From: Thalia democratica
Taxonomy: Eukaryota
DNA length: 64,000 nt
NCBI GenBank assembly: GCA_965202585.1
Contig: OZ241826.1
Coordinates: 96,534,001 to 96,598,000 of the forward strand
Direction of reading: 5' to 3'
In this document: positions 1-13,386 of the stretch, one piece after another
How positions within the stretch are numbered: position 1 is the stretch's first letter
Layout of the letters: every line of letters starts with the position of its first letter
Translations under genes and position numbers: made by a program
Notes under the pieces: model-generated
Databases searched by the model: none
The model's input: the letters and a program-made list of their open reading frames with translations, nothing else
What the model was told of the DNA's origin: nothing

Positions 1-1371
1 CATACATACTAAAGTATAAACTGCTTATACATTGTTTTATCTTTTTATACTTAGTAAAACATAACAACTACATCAAGTTTAGCTTTAAACAGGTTTTTCC
101 CTCGATTAAAAGATTTAGAGGTGAAAACTACAAAATAGTAAAAATATTTAGTATAACTGTGTTCAGGTTTAAAATCGGTCTTAAAATTACTACTACTATA
201 AAGTGTGTATGACTAAAACTTAAGCAGTCTATAGGAAAGTATTTAAGATCTTTTAGAAATTTTTTAATATCTTTTATTGACTTGTTTCAATAATCATGAA
301 AAGTTTATGCTGCAATAAATGTAGTGGTATAAGTTAGATAATGTAATGAACATATTTGAATATTTATAATTTATTTTGCAATACTTAAAATACCTTTAGT
401 ATCAGGAGTAGTGTAAGGTATGTCGATGTATTATGTTACAAGTTGTTAGTGTTTAAATTTTTTTTTAACATATTAGTAGCTGTATAATTAGAGTTTAAAC
501 ATTAAATAGACTTCATTTAATGCTTTATCTTACAAAGACCTATAACTTCGTTAGTATATTGGCTCTGCATTAGAGATTCTAACGAAATGAAATCTATTTA
601 TATTTTATTATGAAGTTACCACAGCTTTTATAACATCGCTAGCTAACTGTTAGATCTGCATACAACTAACAACTTTTAATCAAAATAACTTGAAGATTAC
701 ATAAAATTTTTTATATTAATTTTTATTTTGCTGTTGTAAATACAATAGCTACAACTAATGTACAACTACAAACTAATTAGAAACTAAGTTTGCTCAATTT
801 AATTTTGAAAACACATGTACATTTAAATGTTTACAATGCTACTTAATTTTTAGATTTATCTAAAACAAACAACTCAATGTGAAAACAATTATATATTTAG
901 TCTGTGTTTTTTAACAGAAATTTTTTCAATGTTCTAAAATTAAAGGTGTTACTTCAGAAATAAGGACTGTCGAAATTCTAAATGAAAAACTTTAACAAAA
1001 TGCAATTCTTAACAAAAACCATTAAAACTATGCAAATACGCTTTATTTTTGAAATATTCTAATTTTTCAAGTATAAAAGCTTCAGTTATTGAGTTTTAGA
1101 ATCAAAGTTTTTGCTATGAAAACAAATTTATAGTCGTAGTCTAGGAATGCTAGCTAAGTTTTATACTTGTTCTAAAAAATTAAACATAAAATATTATGAA
1201 GTTTTATTGTTCTCTTTTTAACAACAAAGGAGACTGACTTTTAAAGTAATTCGTTCTATATCAAATACTTCTCAGTAAAACAATTTAACACCTTCAAAAT
1301 ATAATGTTATTTTAAAACCTGTGCGGTTTAAATAACGTATTGTAGAAATAAGGACTGTTAAAATTGTACAT

Positions 1372-1480
1372 CAGTCCTAGACATGACATTAAACTGTATC
1401 CTGGTGTGTGACTCGATAAACGAAGGATTTTTTCATACACCAGGTCCGTGGACCAAATTTTGTAGCGCTTTTTTTTTTCG
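1372..1480 (-). repeat. Dispersed repeat with GGTCC-NN-GGACC dyad, copy 1
   Basis: Aligns with 22848-22953, 54627-54725 and, more decayed, 9225-9295. Confidence 0.7.
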
Positions 1481-3227
1481 TTTATAAACAATATCTAAGT
1501 TCATGTGTATTTGCTTTTAAATAACGCTGTAAAAAATTTAAATGTATAAAACAAACAACTTCTAACAAAATTATTTCAAACTTTTAATTGATGTTTTTTC
1601 AAGGTCTTGTTCTGAATAACTATGAAAGCTTTAAATAAGATATTTTAGAAATAAAGACTTTTGAAATTTTATATCAAAAAACATATAAAGTTGCTTTTTT
1701 ATAACGCTAAAAACCTTTTATACTTTTCTATAATAATGAGTTATTAAAAAAATTGTTTCAAAATTTTAAGAAAGGCGTTTTTTCTTTAAATTTTGTGCTA
1801 TAAAAATAACATAAGCTCTCAACAACATAACTTGTAAACTAAAACTATCAATTGTTTATCAAATTAGTTACTTTTAAACAAAGCTAGAAAACTTTTAAAT
1901 TTGTTCAACAACAAATAGTTCATAATAAAAGCATTTTAAACGTTTAAGTTGAGCTTTTTTTAAACATTGTGCTGTTTTAATAATGAAACCCTAAATAACA
2001 TATTTTAAACATAAGTACTAATAAGACTTACATGAGAAAACATGCGTTCTGCTATTAATTATATAAATATATGTGTAGAGTTTTAAAATTAGATACAAAT
2101 CAAAAAATCTGTTTTAAGGTACTTTTAACTTTTATTGTAATCAACCAAATTTTCTTTAGATACAATGTTATATTAAGAGTCTGAAAACCGCTGTACGTAA
2201 ACCAAAATTCTACGGTCTGAGATTTTAATTTTGGCTTAAGTTATACTTTTTTTAAACAATCAGTGCAATTTTGTATTAAAATATTTTAACTATTTTCTAT
2301 TTTCCTTGTTGACAATTAAAAGTGCCATCTAGCTGTTTATATAATACCGTATTTGATTTAAAATAGTATTTTTGTTTTGATTACTCAATAGTTTAAAATA
2401 ACCAAAGTTCGCAGAATACATTTTTTGAACAACTTTATAAACGAAAACTTAGTCAGACATTTACCTTTTGGTTTATGGCAAGATTACTAGTGTATAAAAT
2501 TTTACAAATGTCATGAAGTGAAAGTCATACTAAAATACTTTTACAAAATGTAAATTTTTTTACTAATGACATTTGCTGTTGTTTTAAAAGAGAGTTTTTT
2601 TTGTTGCTAAAAAGTTGTTAAAACAGACATGTGTTTGAAGAAGTAAATAAAAATCTATTGTAAATTAAAAAAAAAGTTTATTCTTAAGGCTAAAAATTTT
2701 TTTGTGTAATTTCAAAACGTCCTAGTTTTGATTACATTGAAAACGAACTTTTTATAATGAGTACATTTTACTTTTTATTGAATATTAGAAAAAACTGTTT
2801 TTATTTTGTCTAGTGTACTCTAGTGTGACGTTAAAAAACCTTACACATAAAAATGCTAAAACAAAAAGTCTATCAATAACAACATAAAGCTTAGTTTTGT
2901 ATCTAGTAACTTTATTTATAAAGTCACAAAACCAATAGTGGAAAGAAAAGTTCAATACCGTTGGTAAGTATTATTTGATTTACTATTTATTTCTTAAAAT
3001 TTATCTTTACAATTTATACCTGAAAAACACTGAATCAAAAACTATATAACTTTTAGCGCAAGCTTGTAGACACTAGTAATTATCTATAGTAGTTTTATAA
3101 AGATTCAAGTATATATAGCAAATTTTAACAATTATTCATTAATATTTTCATAATCTCATAACTAATATTAAACACAAAATTTAAACTTAAACTTCAGCTT
3201 AAATATAATAAAATATACAGCAGTAAT

Positions 3228-3382
3228 CTACAGTATTGCACATAGTCCTTCAAAACTGTTGTCATCTGGATCGTTTTCTGGATCTAAATGTTGCATGTTT
3301 GAAGAATCTTCTACTTGTTGTTGTACTTGCTGCTGTTCTTTTGAACATTGTAAAATTTCTTTTTCTATGTGAATACTTCTAT
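3228..3382 (-). CDS. Gene A terminal coding exon, ends in CaaX motif CAIL-stop
   Basis: Acceptor tttttag; phase-1 entry gives (N)RSIHIEKEILQCSKEQQQVQQQVEDSSNMQHLDPENDPDDNSFEGLCAIL*; TAG at 3228-3230; phase matches exon 3544-3663. Confidence 0.75.
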
Positions 3383-3543
3383 CTAAAAAATTGCAAAAAT
3401 CAAACATAAGATAAACAGTAACTTATGAACTTAAGTTAATGAGAAAATTTAAACATATTCGAAGTGTAACCAATAATGATAGAATTTTAGAAATAAACGG
3501 CTTAATAAACCTTCGTTTTCTGTGTTGATCATCTTCTGCTTAC

Positions 3544-3663
3544 TTTTTTCTTTTGCGAATTGTTCAGATGAAGTTTTAGCTGAAGGATACAAATCCTCGT
3601 TTTTAGAATTCTTCTTATCTTCTGAAGAACGCAACACTTTACTTTTCACATGTTTCCTTCTGT
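3544..3663 (-). CDS. Gene A internal exon (120 nt, phase 1-1)
   Basis: Acceptor acttttag, donor gtaagc; open frame (D)RRKHVKSKVLRSSEDKKNSKNEDLYPSAKTSSEQFAKEK, same frame as ORF-track 3449..3649. Confidence 0.75.
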
Positions 3664-4325
3664 CTAAAAGTTCATATAAGTCAAAACTAAGTCTCCACCA
3701 GCTTGTATTTATCTAACTAACTTAATGAAAAAGATAAAAATATTCCTTCAAAAACATTGATATTATAAAACTCTACCAAAGGCAAAAACCAAGGGCTAAT
3801 TCATAAATTATATTGCTTTTATTTAAATGTAAGTTATATTATAGTCTATTTTAAAAAAATAATTCCTTTGATTGAAATATTTACTTAAACGCTTAAAGCT
3901 TATATTGAAAATATTTCGAAAATTCACTTAAAATTGACAGAATAGATTTTATTTAAATACAAAATACTAAAAACAACGTTTTAAACACAAATTATTAAAA
4001 CAAAAGCTAATTAAAACAAATCTATAACAGTAACCGTTTAAATAAAACAGATAATGGAATAATAATTTTCGAAGTTATTTATAATTTTTTTGGCAATCGC
4101 TTTTCAAGCTACTAAAATAATGTGCCTGAATATGTACTTATTGCATTCTGAAAACCGTTGAATCTTTTTTAAATTTTTTCCTTTATATTGATATAAAGTA
4201 AACAATTTTAAGGTTTTTATCAATAAAACACATAAACCTATAAAAATAATCTTCAGTACAAAATTTATGAGATAAATAAGAATAAATCGTTGAATACTAC
4301 AGTCAAATATCTTTTTAATACTAAC

Positions 4326-4424
4326 CAATATCAGCAGCAGGTAGAGGTTTAAAGGTTGCATGAACTGATGTTTATCTTGGCACAAAAGTTTTTGTGTATG
4401 GAGCAACCTTTGAACTGTGTACAT
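4326..4424 (-). CDS. Gene A symmetric exon (99 nt, phase 1-1) with in-frame TAA
   Basis: Acceptor tttttag, donor gttagt; the frame required by both neighbours reads DVHSSKVAPYTKTFVPR*TSVHATFKPLPAADI, stop at 4372-4374. Confidence 0.55.
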
Positions 4425-4497
4425 CTAAAAAATTTCTTAGGTGAAGTTTTTAATAAAACACTTAAATGGGTTAAACATCTTTTTAACTTTTACTTAC

Positions 4498-4663
4498 CGT
4501 TATAACTTGCATCGTGATAAAGATTTGTATTAAACTTTCTAAAGTCACGGTCTCGTTTGTACTTTTTTGTAATACTTTGTTGGGGTTCAAGTTCAACATT
4601 TTTTCTTTTCAGTTGCAAGGTTTTATCAGACTGTAAAGGAGGTTGTGACATACTAAATAGAAC
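4498..4663 (-). CDS. Gene A internal exon (166 nt, phase 0-1)
   Basis: Acceptor tactcag, donor gtaagt; VLFSMSQPPLQSDKTLQLKRKNVELEPQQSITKKYKRDRDFRKFNTNLYHDASYN. Confidence 0.75.
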
Positions 4664-4806
4664 CTGAGTAGTAAAAAAACATTTTTAAAAGGAAAAGCTT
4701 GTTTTTAAAATATCAAAATGCATAAATACGTTTCAAAACGATATAAACATATTTTGCTTTAATGTTGACAACTGTTTAACTTTTCTAAAAAACTATTAGT
4801 GTAACT

Positions 4807-4850
4807 CAGGTTCGGTAAACTACGGTCTGCGAGCCAAATAAAACTACGAA
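4807..4850 (+). mobile_element. hAT (Charlie-type) terminus relic
   Basis: caggttcggtaaactacggtctgcgagccaaat resembles Charlie-type ends CAGGGGTCGGCAAACTACGGCCCGCGGGCCAAAT. Confidence 0.5.
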
Positions 4851-6222
4851 ATAAAATACTTATTTATAAAAATTAAACTTATTTCTTTATCAAATAAGGT
4901 ATTTTGGTAAAACTTACAAACATTACTTTGTTAACTAGAAAATACTACTGCTATGTTTTTTTTTTTATTTTAACACACTTTTTGTTTGAAATAGTTTTTT
5001 TTAATGAAAATTTTAATTACATTGATAAGCTACAGCCTGACAACAACGTTTCTAGAAATGACGATTAAAAAATGACCGCTGGTGTAGCTTAACGTAAATA
5101 TTTAACATAACTACACCACTAAAAACTGTTCATTTTCTACAATATATAGCTTCTTCAAAAATAAGTTTAAAAGGTTTCTCACAAAACTTTAATAATGTCT
5201 AATCAAAGTTTAGTTCTAAAAATTTTTAGTTTAAATACAACTAATATTTTTGTAGGTAAATTTCCATATCAAAATATAAGTTAACACAGTTTACGCTTCT
5301 TTGTAAAATAAGATAAATGTAAATATTTAATATGTTAAGTAATATTTGGTATATTTTTACTATGCTTTATTAAATCTATGACTATTTAGTAAGTGCAACC
5401 AGTTTAATCTTTTATTATGTAAATAGACTTATAATAAAATAGACTTATAGTATACAATTATTTTAGTAATTAAACAGTTATACAATTAAAAGGTAGCTAA
5501 GATTCTAATTATTTAGTTACAAATTTTAAAGTTTATGAAATAGGTATTAGAAACTAATTACTATTTTTAATATTTAGTTTAAAATACTAGTTAGCTAGAT
5601 TTAAGTTTTGCAAAACTATTGTGCAATTTTCTTTCAAACTTCAAGAGCTTGGTACAATAAATAAAAAGTTAGATGACATTTTATATAAGTTCTCAAGATA
5701 AGTTTATAGTTTTGGTAAAAAACTTGTTTAGACTACGGTTTCTAAAACATGTTATCGTAACGGCTAAACTGGCAAAAGTTAAATAAAAATTAATACAACC
5801 CGTTTACTTGTTAATTATTAAATTAATTTTTCCAACTATATGTTGCCTCCTGGTAATCGAAAACACTCCAAAGTTTAAACCCTGGTTTAGATAAATAAAA
5901 TGCTCAATTATTACCGAAGAAGTTACAAACAAATATCAATATATTTGTATTTAATTATGGCTGCGCTCAATCTTGGACTAATTTTCACTAATTACAAAGT
6001 TTTCTGTGCGTATAATTTAAAATTAAGTATAGCAGACCTTGATTTAATTCTAAATTAAGTAAGTTTACTTAATTATTTAAGTCAATTTTTGTTTGATTTT
6101 AGAATTTGCAAGAAAATAATTTATAATAGTAAATATATTATTTTAGAATAAGGTTCTGTGCTAAACTGGATAAAATTATGTTTTTTTTTTAAGTAATATT
6201 ATTTATGAAACTACATCTAGAT

Positions 6223-6480
6223 CAAGGATCGGCAAACTGAAACCGGTGGACTAAACCCTAGAATCGAAAATAAGCGGTCCACGAGGTACGATTCAGCCAA
6301 AAAGCAGACTTTTTTAAAACTATAAAAAGAAAACTTTCGTCTTATAACTTACAATTAGGCTATTAATTGAGTAACTAAGTTTTACTAGAGGTCAATTATC
6401 GCTTGTTTTATGACATATTAGGTTAGTGATAGTATTTATGTATTGAATATTAGAATTGTTTTAGAACACAGCGGCCCAAG
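6223..6480 (+). mobile_element. hAT (Charlie-type) MITE relic
   Basis: caaggatcggcaaact terminus preceded by atctagat (NTCTAGAN target consensus); right end not resolved. Confidence 0.5.
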
Positions 6481-7199
6481 AAGACTTTTTCCATATAGTA
6501 TTTCCATTTTTTAAAGTTATAAATCATTAAAAATAAGTTTTCAGATTTAAAACTCAATTTTGAAATGTAACTTCAAAAAGTTTTTAATTACAATTAATAA
6601 TATTTCTACAAGTTTTAAAAGATTAAGAGCTAAATCAAGTAAGGAAATAATGGATTTTTAAGCCTATACTATAACTAAACTGTGCTTTACAGCAATTGGA
6701 GAGAGATTAATGTTATGTCAAATTCTTTGGCTTTTAGTTTCTCCAAAGTCTAATTTGATAAGTATTTAAAGCCTAATACATTAAGAATATTTAAATATCA
6801 GGTTTAGTAACTTTTACCTAAATATAATACTATGTAAAGAAAATAAAAGTCTACAGATGTTTCCAGTTAATTAAAAACTGAAATATACGGATTTAAACTA
6901 AAATATCTTGTTTTAGTAATATTTTATTTAACACCTAACCGTACAGTACTGCAACTCTTCTTGTTTATTCTTAATAACTATTCTAAATTTTTCGAATTTT
7001 ATTATTATTTAATTTACTAAATGTTATTAAAACTATTCTAACTATAAAGTTAAATTGATTGAGCTGTGTTTTCATTTAGTACTTAATGAAATTTTATCTA
7101 AATTTCCTTTTCAGTGAAAATCAAAAATAGAATTTATTATTTTAAGAGTATATTTTTATGCTTGAGTCTTATTTTTTTGGCGCTGACTGTAGAACATAT

Positions 7200-10100
7200 T
7201 AAAAGTTAAATTACTCATAATTAATAAGCTGATGAATTATTTATTGATTTTATATGAAAAAATTGTACTAAATGGAAACTAATAACCAGTAGCATACGTA
7301 AATTTAATTGAGTTTAACTTTATGTTTAAATTAGACAAAAACTTGTAAGTCGTATTATTGTACTTTACCATGGATATTTGATATTATTAAGTATTATCGT
7401 GTCACTTTACCAACTATTAAGAATTTCTTATTGCCTTAAATGTGAACATAAAAAGTTTAATAGTTGGGTTAATACAAAAATGTTTCAAATACTTTTAAAC
7501 TATTTTAGTAAGTAGATGATGGTTATTATAACTAGGTTTTAACAAATCAAACATATAACTGCTAGGAAATAAAAATATATAAAAGTTTTAACTTGTAGTT
7601 TGTTTATTCTACCACTAACATCTAATTATTTAAAATTTACTTTAAAACATACACTCAGCTCTGATTTAAAACATACACCGATAAACAGAGTATATAAGCT
7701 ACAGAAAAAAGTTGAAGAAAACTAAATCTATTAAGTATAAACACAGCATTCTTTAAATTTTAAACTTCTTTTTGAAACTTGTATTTACTTATAACACAAG
7801 CTTTACTCCTTAAACTCAAATATTTCGATAAAAAATCTCTGTTTTTATTTATTTTGTACAGTTTAGGTTTGTAGTCTTTTTTTCAGTTTTTCTAGTTTTT
7901 AGCTTTTTGGGCCTTAAGAAAAGATTATAAAATCAGAAAAACAAAAAAAAAATATTATGAAATAATATTTCATCAAATTATTTATCTCCAAAGACTTTTC
8001 AAACATTTATACTATAAAAATGAAATTTAATAAATATTTTATTTGCAGCATTTCTACAATAGAAATCGAGTTTGATAAACTGAAAATGTCCAATAAATTG
8101 AAACTGATAATTAATTTTTTTCACATTCTTTGATAACCTGAATAAAAAACTTCTTACTTAAAAATAAAAATGTTTTCTAACAGTTGAAAAAATATAAACC
8201 TACTTAAGAAAGTAATGAAAATAAATGCATTTACTAAATTTAATCAAACATACACACTGTTTACTTCCTTATTAAACTTCCTTGCTTCTTAATGTTAATA
8301 ATGTTTCTTATTGAAAAAATTATAAAAACAATTGAACAAGATTTATCTTAATGTATTTGTTTTCAACAACTCTTCTAATAAATAAGTGTAACTTTTTCTA
8401 TATAGCTTCTTTTACTTGTTTTTATCTATGCAACTTTTCTTATCTTCACAGTAGACTTAATTTCATAAATATTCTACTAATTAGAACTTTACTTAATTTG
8501 CATTGTGTATTAGAAAAATATTCTAAAGATATCAATTAAAAGTAATTATCTGTGAGTGCTGCAGAGTTTTAATTCTTTTGTAGCTTGTTGTGTGTTTTTA
8601 AGTGCTTAAGCAATTAAATAGTATTAAAACAAAACTTGCTTAGAATCAAATATAGTTTTAAGAGTTTTATTTTTCAAAAAATGGTTAAACTTATTTTTTT
8701 GATGTTTCTAGTTAAAATGAGCGCTAAATATTGTTCTTTAGCCTTTCGAAAGCAATGTTTTAATCTTTTTTATCTTTTAGGCAAAACAAATTTTCGTTCG
8801 AGGTTTAAGTATATAGTGCAATTTGTTTATGCAGCATTTTATACTGAAAAAATATACTATTTTACTTTTAAACTATGTAAGTATTTTAAAAAAGCTTATC
8901 AACTGAAACACCTGACTAGCTTGTACAGTGTTATAATAAACAGTTTATTCATTTCAATTTAATTATTTCTTGAGAATATTTGCAAACTATTTTTAAGCCA
9001 TTAAGTTGTTAATCAACCCAAAAGCTAAAACATTATTTACTAAATACAAATAACGACTCAAGTTTTGATTCCTGAGTCTAACATTACATAATAAACAATA
9101 TATTGATAATATATTAATAAAAGTCAACACTTATGTTTGAATAATATTTTTGCTGACTGTAAATACAAAATTAAAGTAATAAACTTAAAGTTAAAAACTA
9201 TCAATCAAATTGTTATTTAAAGGAAAAAACAGGCACTAAAGAACTTTGGTCCAAAACCTTGGTGTACGAAAAAACCTTTTGGTTTTTGAGTCGTTAATTA
9301 TCTTTTTTTGAATGAAAAACGTATATAAATGGAATTTAATAACCACTATCATACTCAAAAGCATTTATTATTATTTTCAGACATAAATTTGTAAGTTCTG
9401 TGGCTTTACTTTACCATGGAAGTTTTAGTTATAATGGAAAATTGATAATATTAAGTATTATTATGTAACTTTACCAATTAACAATTTATTATTTCAAATT
9501 AGTTGTTTTCAGTGTAAACATTAGAGGTTTTATATTAGTGTTCAAACAACACTACTTAAGATAGTATTAAATAATATTACATAGTAGCTAGATTAAAACT
9601 ATTTAAAACTATGTTTTGCCTTTAAAATATTTAGCTTCTCTACAAAAAAAATGGAAAGAATAATTTCAATTCATATTTAATTTAAAACTACCAAAAACTT
9701 TTACTATTTTTAACATTTTTATAAAACACATATTCAATCCTGCAAACTTAGATTTATTACTTTAAGCTGAAAAACATATGTTTAACTTTCTAAAATACGA
9801 GTAGTAATTGGTAAAACACGATTGTAACGAATAAACAAGCTACATAAATAAAACTAAATCTATCGAGTACAATGACAAAGTTCCATAAATTTAAACATAA
9901 AGTTATTTTTGAAATAGTTTAGTACTTACACAAAACACAAGCTTTGATACTTAAATTTGATCTAAAAACATTTAGGTTCATAACCTCTGTTTATATTGTT
10001 TGTTACAGTTTTGCTTTTTAGTACTAATTTACTTTTAAGTTTTTTTTGACCTAATGCTTTTCAAGTTGTACACATTGAAGAAAAAATCTATTTATCAATA

Positions 10101-11150
10101 ATAACATAATAAGTATTTTATCATGAAAAAAATATTAAGCATTTAAACAGTGAAAATAAAAATAAATAATCATTTCGTTTCTAGCGTTTCTACAATTAAT
10201 ATCTAAATTACAGAAACTGAAAACTTTTAATAATATGAAATTTTTAACTATTTGTTAACCTGTTTTTATAATCTGTATAAAAAAAATTAACTTAAAAAAA
10301 ATCTTAAACTACTAACAAAGTAATAAATATAAACTAAATTGGCAAAAATTTTATTGAACATATACTTATTACTTCTCTAAACGTTTTTTTAATGTTATTT
10401 ATTTTAGTTAATGTTGGTATATACAAAATTTTTACAGTATTTTTTTGAATGTAATAAGTTTTAATCACTCTTCAAATAAATAAGACAATAAACGTTTTCT
10501 ATATAGCTTCTCATACTTACTGTTAATTTTAATACTTTTCTTATCTTCAAAACAGATTACATTTTAAAAGTATTCTACTAATTATAATTTTACTTAATTT
10601 TTGTATATATCAACAATAGCTTTTTTATGATACAATACTTTCATAATGTTATAAAAAAAGTTTAAAGATGCTAACTATAAGTAATTAGCTTTAAATGCTG
10701 CAAAACTTTAATTCTTTTATAGATTTCTATGTGTTTTTAAGTGCTTAAAAGATGAATAATACTAAACCAAAACTTTACTTAAACTCAAAATATGGTTTAT
10801 TATTATATAAAAGTTTTAATAGCCTTATTTTTTAAATAATGCTAAATTTTTTTCAGTTCTGGTTATAAGGTAAGCGCTTTGTAGTTTTTTTTAGCAAAAA
10901 TGCAAAAACAATTCTTTAACTTTATTATCTGTGCAGCAAAACAAACGTCTGTTACATTAAAATGGACTTTGTTTTTGCAGCATTTTATGCTGAAAAAAAA
11001 CAACATTTTAGCTTTAAACTTATTTAGGTGAATTTTAAATTCTCATTTAACTGAAAAAAATAGACAACCTTATTAACAATACTAAAAACACTTTAATAAA
11101 CTAAGCTTTAATATTTGTAAAAGGTTCGTAACATATTTTAAGCCAACAAG
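7200..11150. repeat. Old direct duplication of an about 2 kb unit (about 7200-9000 and 9270-11150)
   Basis: Collinear anchors: aaatggaa..taataacca (7270/9328), ctttaccatgga (7363/9409), actaaatctat (7721/9853), ttttctatatagcttct (8394/10495), gtgtttttaagtgctta (8592/10731). Confidence 0.75.
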
Positions 11151-11656
11151 TAATAAATCAATAATCTTGATAGTTACAGAGAAAACTTCAAATGTAAAAA
11201 CTTCATATGGATATGAGACTTCAAAAACTTTTTATTTTTTTTAAACTATATATACTCAAACAAATTTAAAATTGTTTGCAGAAAAATAAACTGTTTAATT
11301 AATTTATTTTATTAAAGTATCTAATTGAAACCGACTTAACTTTTCTCATATAAATGGGAAAGCTTGTATTGAAAAATAAACAACAAAATATCATTGTTTT
11401 AGTATAACATAAAAAGTAACTTTGTGTTTTTTTAATGTATACCACAAATACTACAAATAAGTAAGTGTTGCCTGCTAACCAAGTTTTTTAAATATTTCAA
11501 ATGGTATGAAAAATAACATACTTTAAACATTTATTCATAACATCAAAAAGTATGTTTTATAGTTTTAGCCAACTCAAAAACTTATAACTTGAAAAATTTA
11601 AGTTGTTTAACAAGAATATGTAATTGAAAGGTAATCAAAAAACCAAAGCCATAAAC

Positions 11657-11807
11657 TTGCAAGCAGGCAATAAAAATTTTGAGCGAAGGAATGTCTAATT
11701 TGAAAGCGTATATGTTTTCTTTCAAAGATTTGAACCTGTTTTCTTCAATTTTCGCCTGAGTATTCTCATTTTTCTTCGACTTTTCCAGATGTTTTCCGAA
11801 GTACTTT
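11657..11807 (-). CDS. Gene A internal exon (151 nt, phase 2-0)
   Basis: Acceptor ctattttag, weaker donor gtttat; KYFGKHLEKSKKNENTQAKIEENRFKSLKENIYAFKLDIPSLKIFIACLQ; phases fit both neighbours. Confidence 0.65.
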
Positions 11808-12467
11808 CTAAAATAGTAACATATTATCTTAAACTATGTTAAAGTTCAATTTTTTTTTTACTTAGAATTTTCGAACAAAGTGTTTTATTATCATTTTTAA
11901 ACATCTTAATAAAAACAATGTAAGTTAAACTAGTTCTTTTTGATTAGCTTTGTATTCACGTTAAGTCTTTAAAAATATTTTTAATGAGTCAATGTGACTT
12001 AAAACAATAATTCTGCTTGTAAAAATTAACTTTTCGTGGCTAAGCTATACGTATCCTAAAACACATGTTGATAGAGAAAACAAAAAAAAATCGTAAATAA
12101 ACTTTTTTTGCGTGACTATGTTTACTTTAAAAAATCATTATGCCGTAAAACATAGCACAAGTACTTTAAACTTTAAGACTTATAATTAATAAATATTAAC
12201 CTAAACACTATTATTTACGTTTGCAGATATAACAATTTCACAAAATAAATCAAAACAGTAACTTTAATTAAAACGGCTTTTGAACTTTGTAATTTTCTTT
12301 TAAAGTACATTAAAGCTAAAATAAACTATAATTACATTAACCACTTTGACATAAGTTATATAGAATGCTAATCAGTATAAGTGAAATATAAAAAATCCTG
12401 CTGGTTTTACATAAATTTCTACATGATTTTTTATAATATATAACAAATAGTACAGCTAGTTTCTTAC

Positions 12468-12597
12468 CTTTTAATACACAAGTAACGGTATTCGAAATTG
12501 ATCAACACTATGTAAGTGTGAAAAAGTGACAGGGTGAGAATGGGGAAAACATAAATCAGCGTCTCGTAAACAGGAAACGTGTAATCGGTAATCTTAT
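12468..12597 (-). CDS. Gene A exon encoding a predicted transmembrane helix (130 nt, phase 1-2)
   Basis: Acceptor gacag, strong donor gtaaga; (D)KITDYTFPVYETLIYVFPILTLSLFHTYIVLINFEYRYLCIK, a hydrophobic stretch followed by basic KRKYFGK across the junction. Confidence 0.7.
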
Positions 12598-13326
12598 CTG
12601 TCATAAAAGTATAACGTTAATCAGTAGAATATTTCAAAAATATTTATTCAGTTCATGTTTGTGTTCAGTGTTAAGAAATGTATAAAACTCGAATAAGTTA
12701 AACTTAAAAAATAATGGGTGACAAAAAGTACAAGTTTACGAAAAAAGATTAAGAGTACAAGAATAGTTTTTTTATATATATTTTCGCAAATAATACATAC
12801 TTGTGTACTAAACAACACAATCTTGTTTTTTAGAAAGTTTTTTAGGTTAAAATGCTCAAAAACTTAAATGTTTTTAATATTATAATTAAAACTCTGAAAC
12901 TAAAAGCAATATGTTTTTCTACTTTGGTTACAAGCAAACAACTGCTTTCAAAAACTTTTGTTATTTTTTATTTAGAAGTATAAAAACCTATTTAAATGTT
13001 TTAATAAACCTAAACCTATTATGTACAAAAACATTTCACACAAATCTTTTTGATTTTTTCTTTGAAATAAAGCTTATTCTTTAATTCAAATACATATTTA
13101 TCTACGTTAATAGTATATAGACTTATTTTTAATCATTCTAATACCACTTACTATAGATCTGTAACTTTTAATTAAAAGAAACCTTTAAATTTATTCAAAC
13201 AAATGCCTATACTAAATTAATGTTTTAACAAGCCAGTTATAATGCTAATTTCGCAACAAAACTATACAATTAGTTATATTTATTTTAAAGTATATGCAAT
13301 TCTTTTAAATTGATAAAATATTTTAC

Positions 13327-13386
13327 CTAAAATAGAGTGTGCGTTTTTTGCATCCTTCTCGGCAGTGAAAAACTCCTTGAGTAAAG
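13327..13386 (-). CDS. Gene A internal exon (60 nt, phase 1-1)
   Basis: Acceptor tttttacag, donor gtaaaa; LLKEFFTAEKDAKNAHSIL. Confidence 0.7.
   Translation of the reverse strand, partial: LYSRSFSLPRRMQKTHTLF

Noticed and set aside
542-618. ATAACTTCGT resembling a loxP arm, with a nearby ttcgttag/ctaacgaa inverted repeat
   Set aside because: Only 10 nt of one arm match and there is no 8-nt spacer geometry; expected by chance in AT-rich DNA.
3522-3716. Plus-strand 64-aa ORF with a signal-peptide-like start
   Set aside because: Antisense shadow of gene A exon 3544-3663.
4104-4424. ORF-track 106-aa ORF as a gene
   Set aside because: It starts at a splice acceptor in a frame incompatible with the flanking exons and runs into AT-rich intron.
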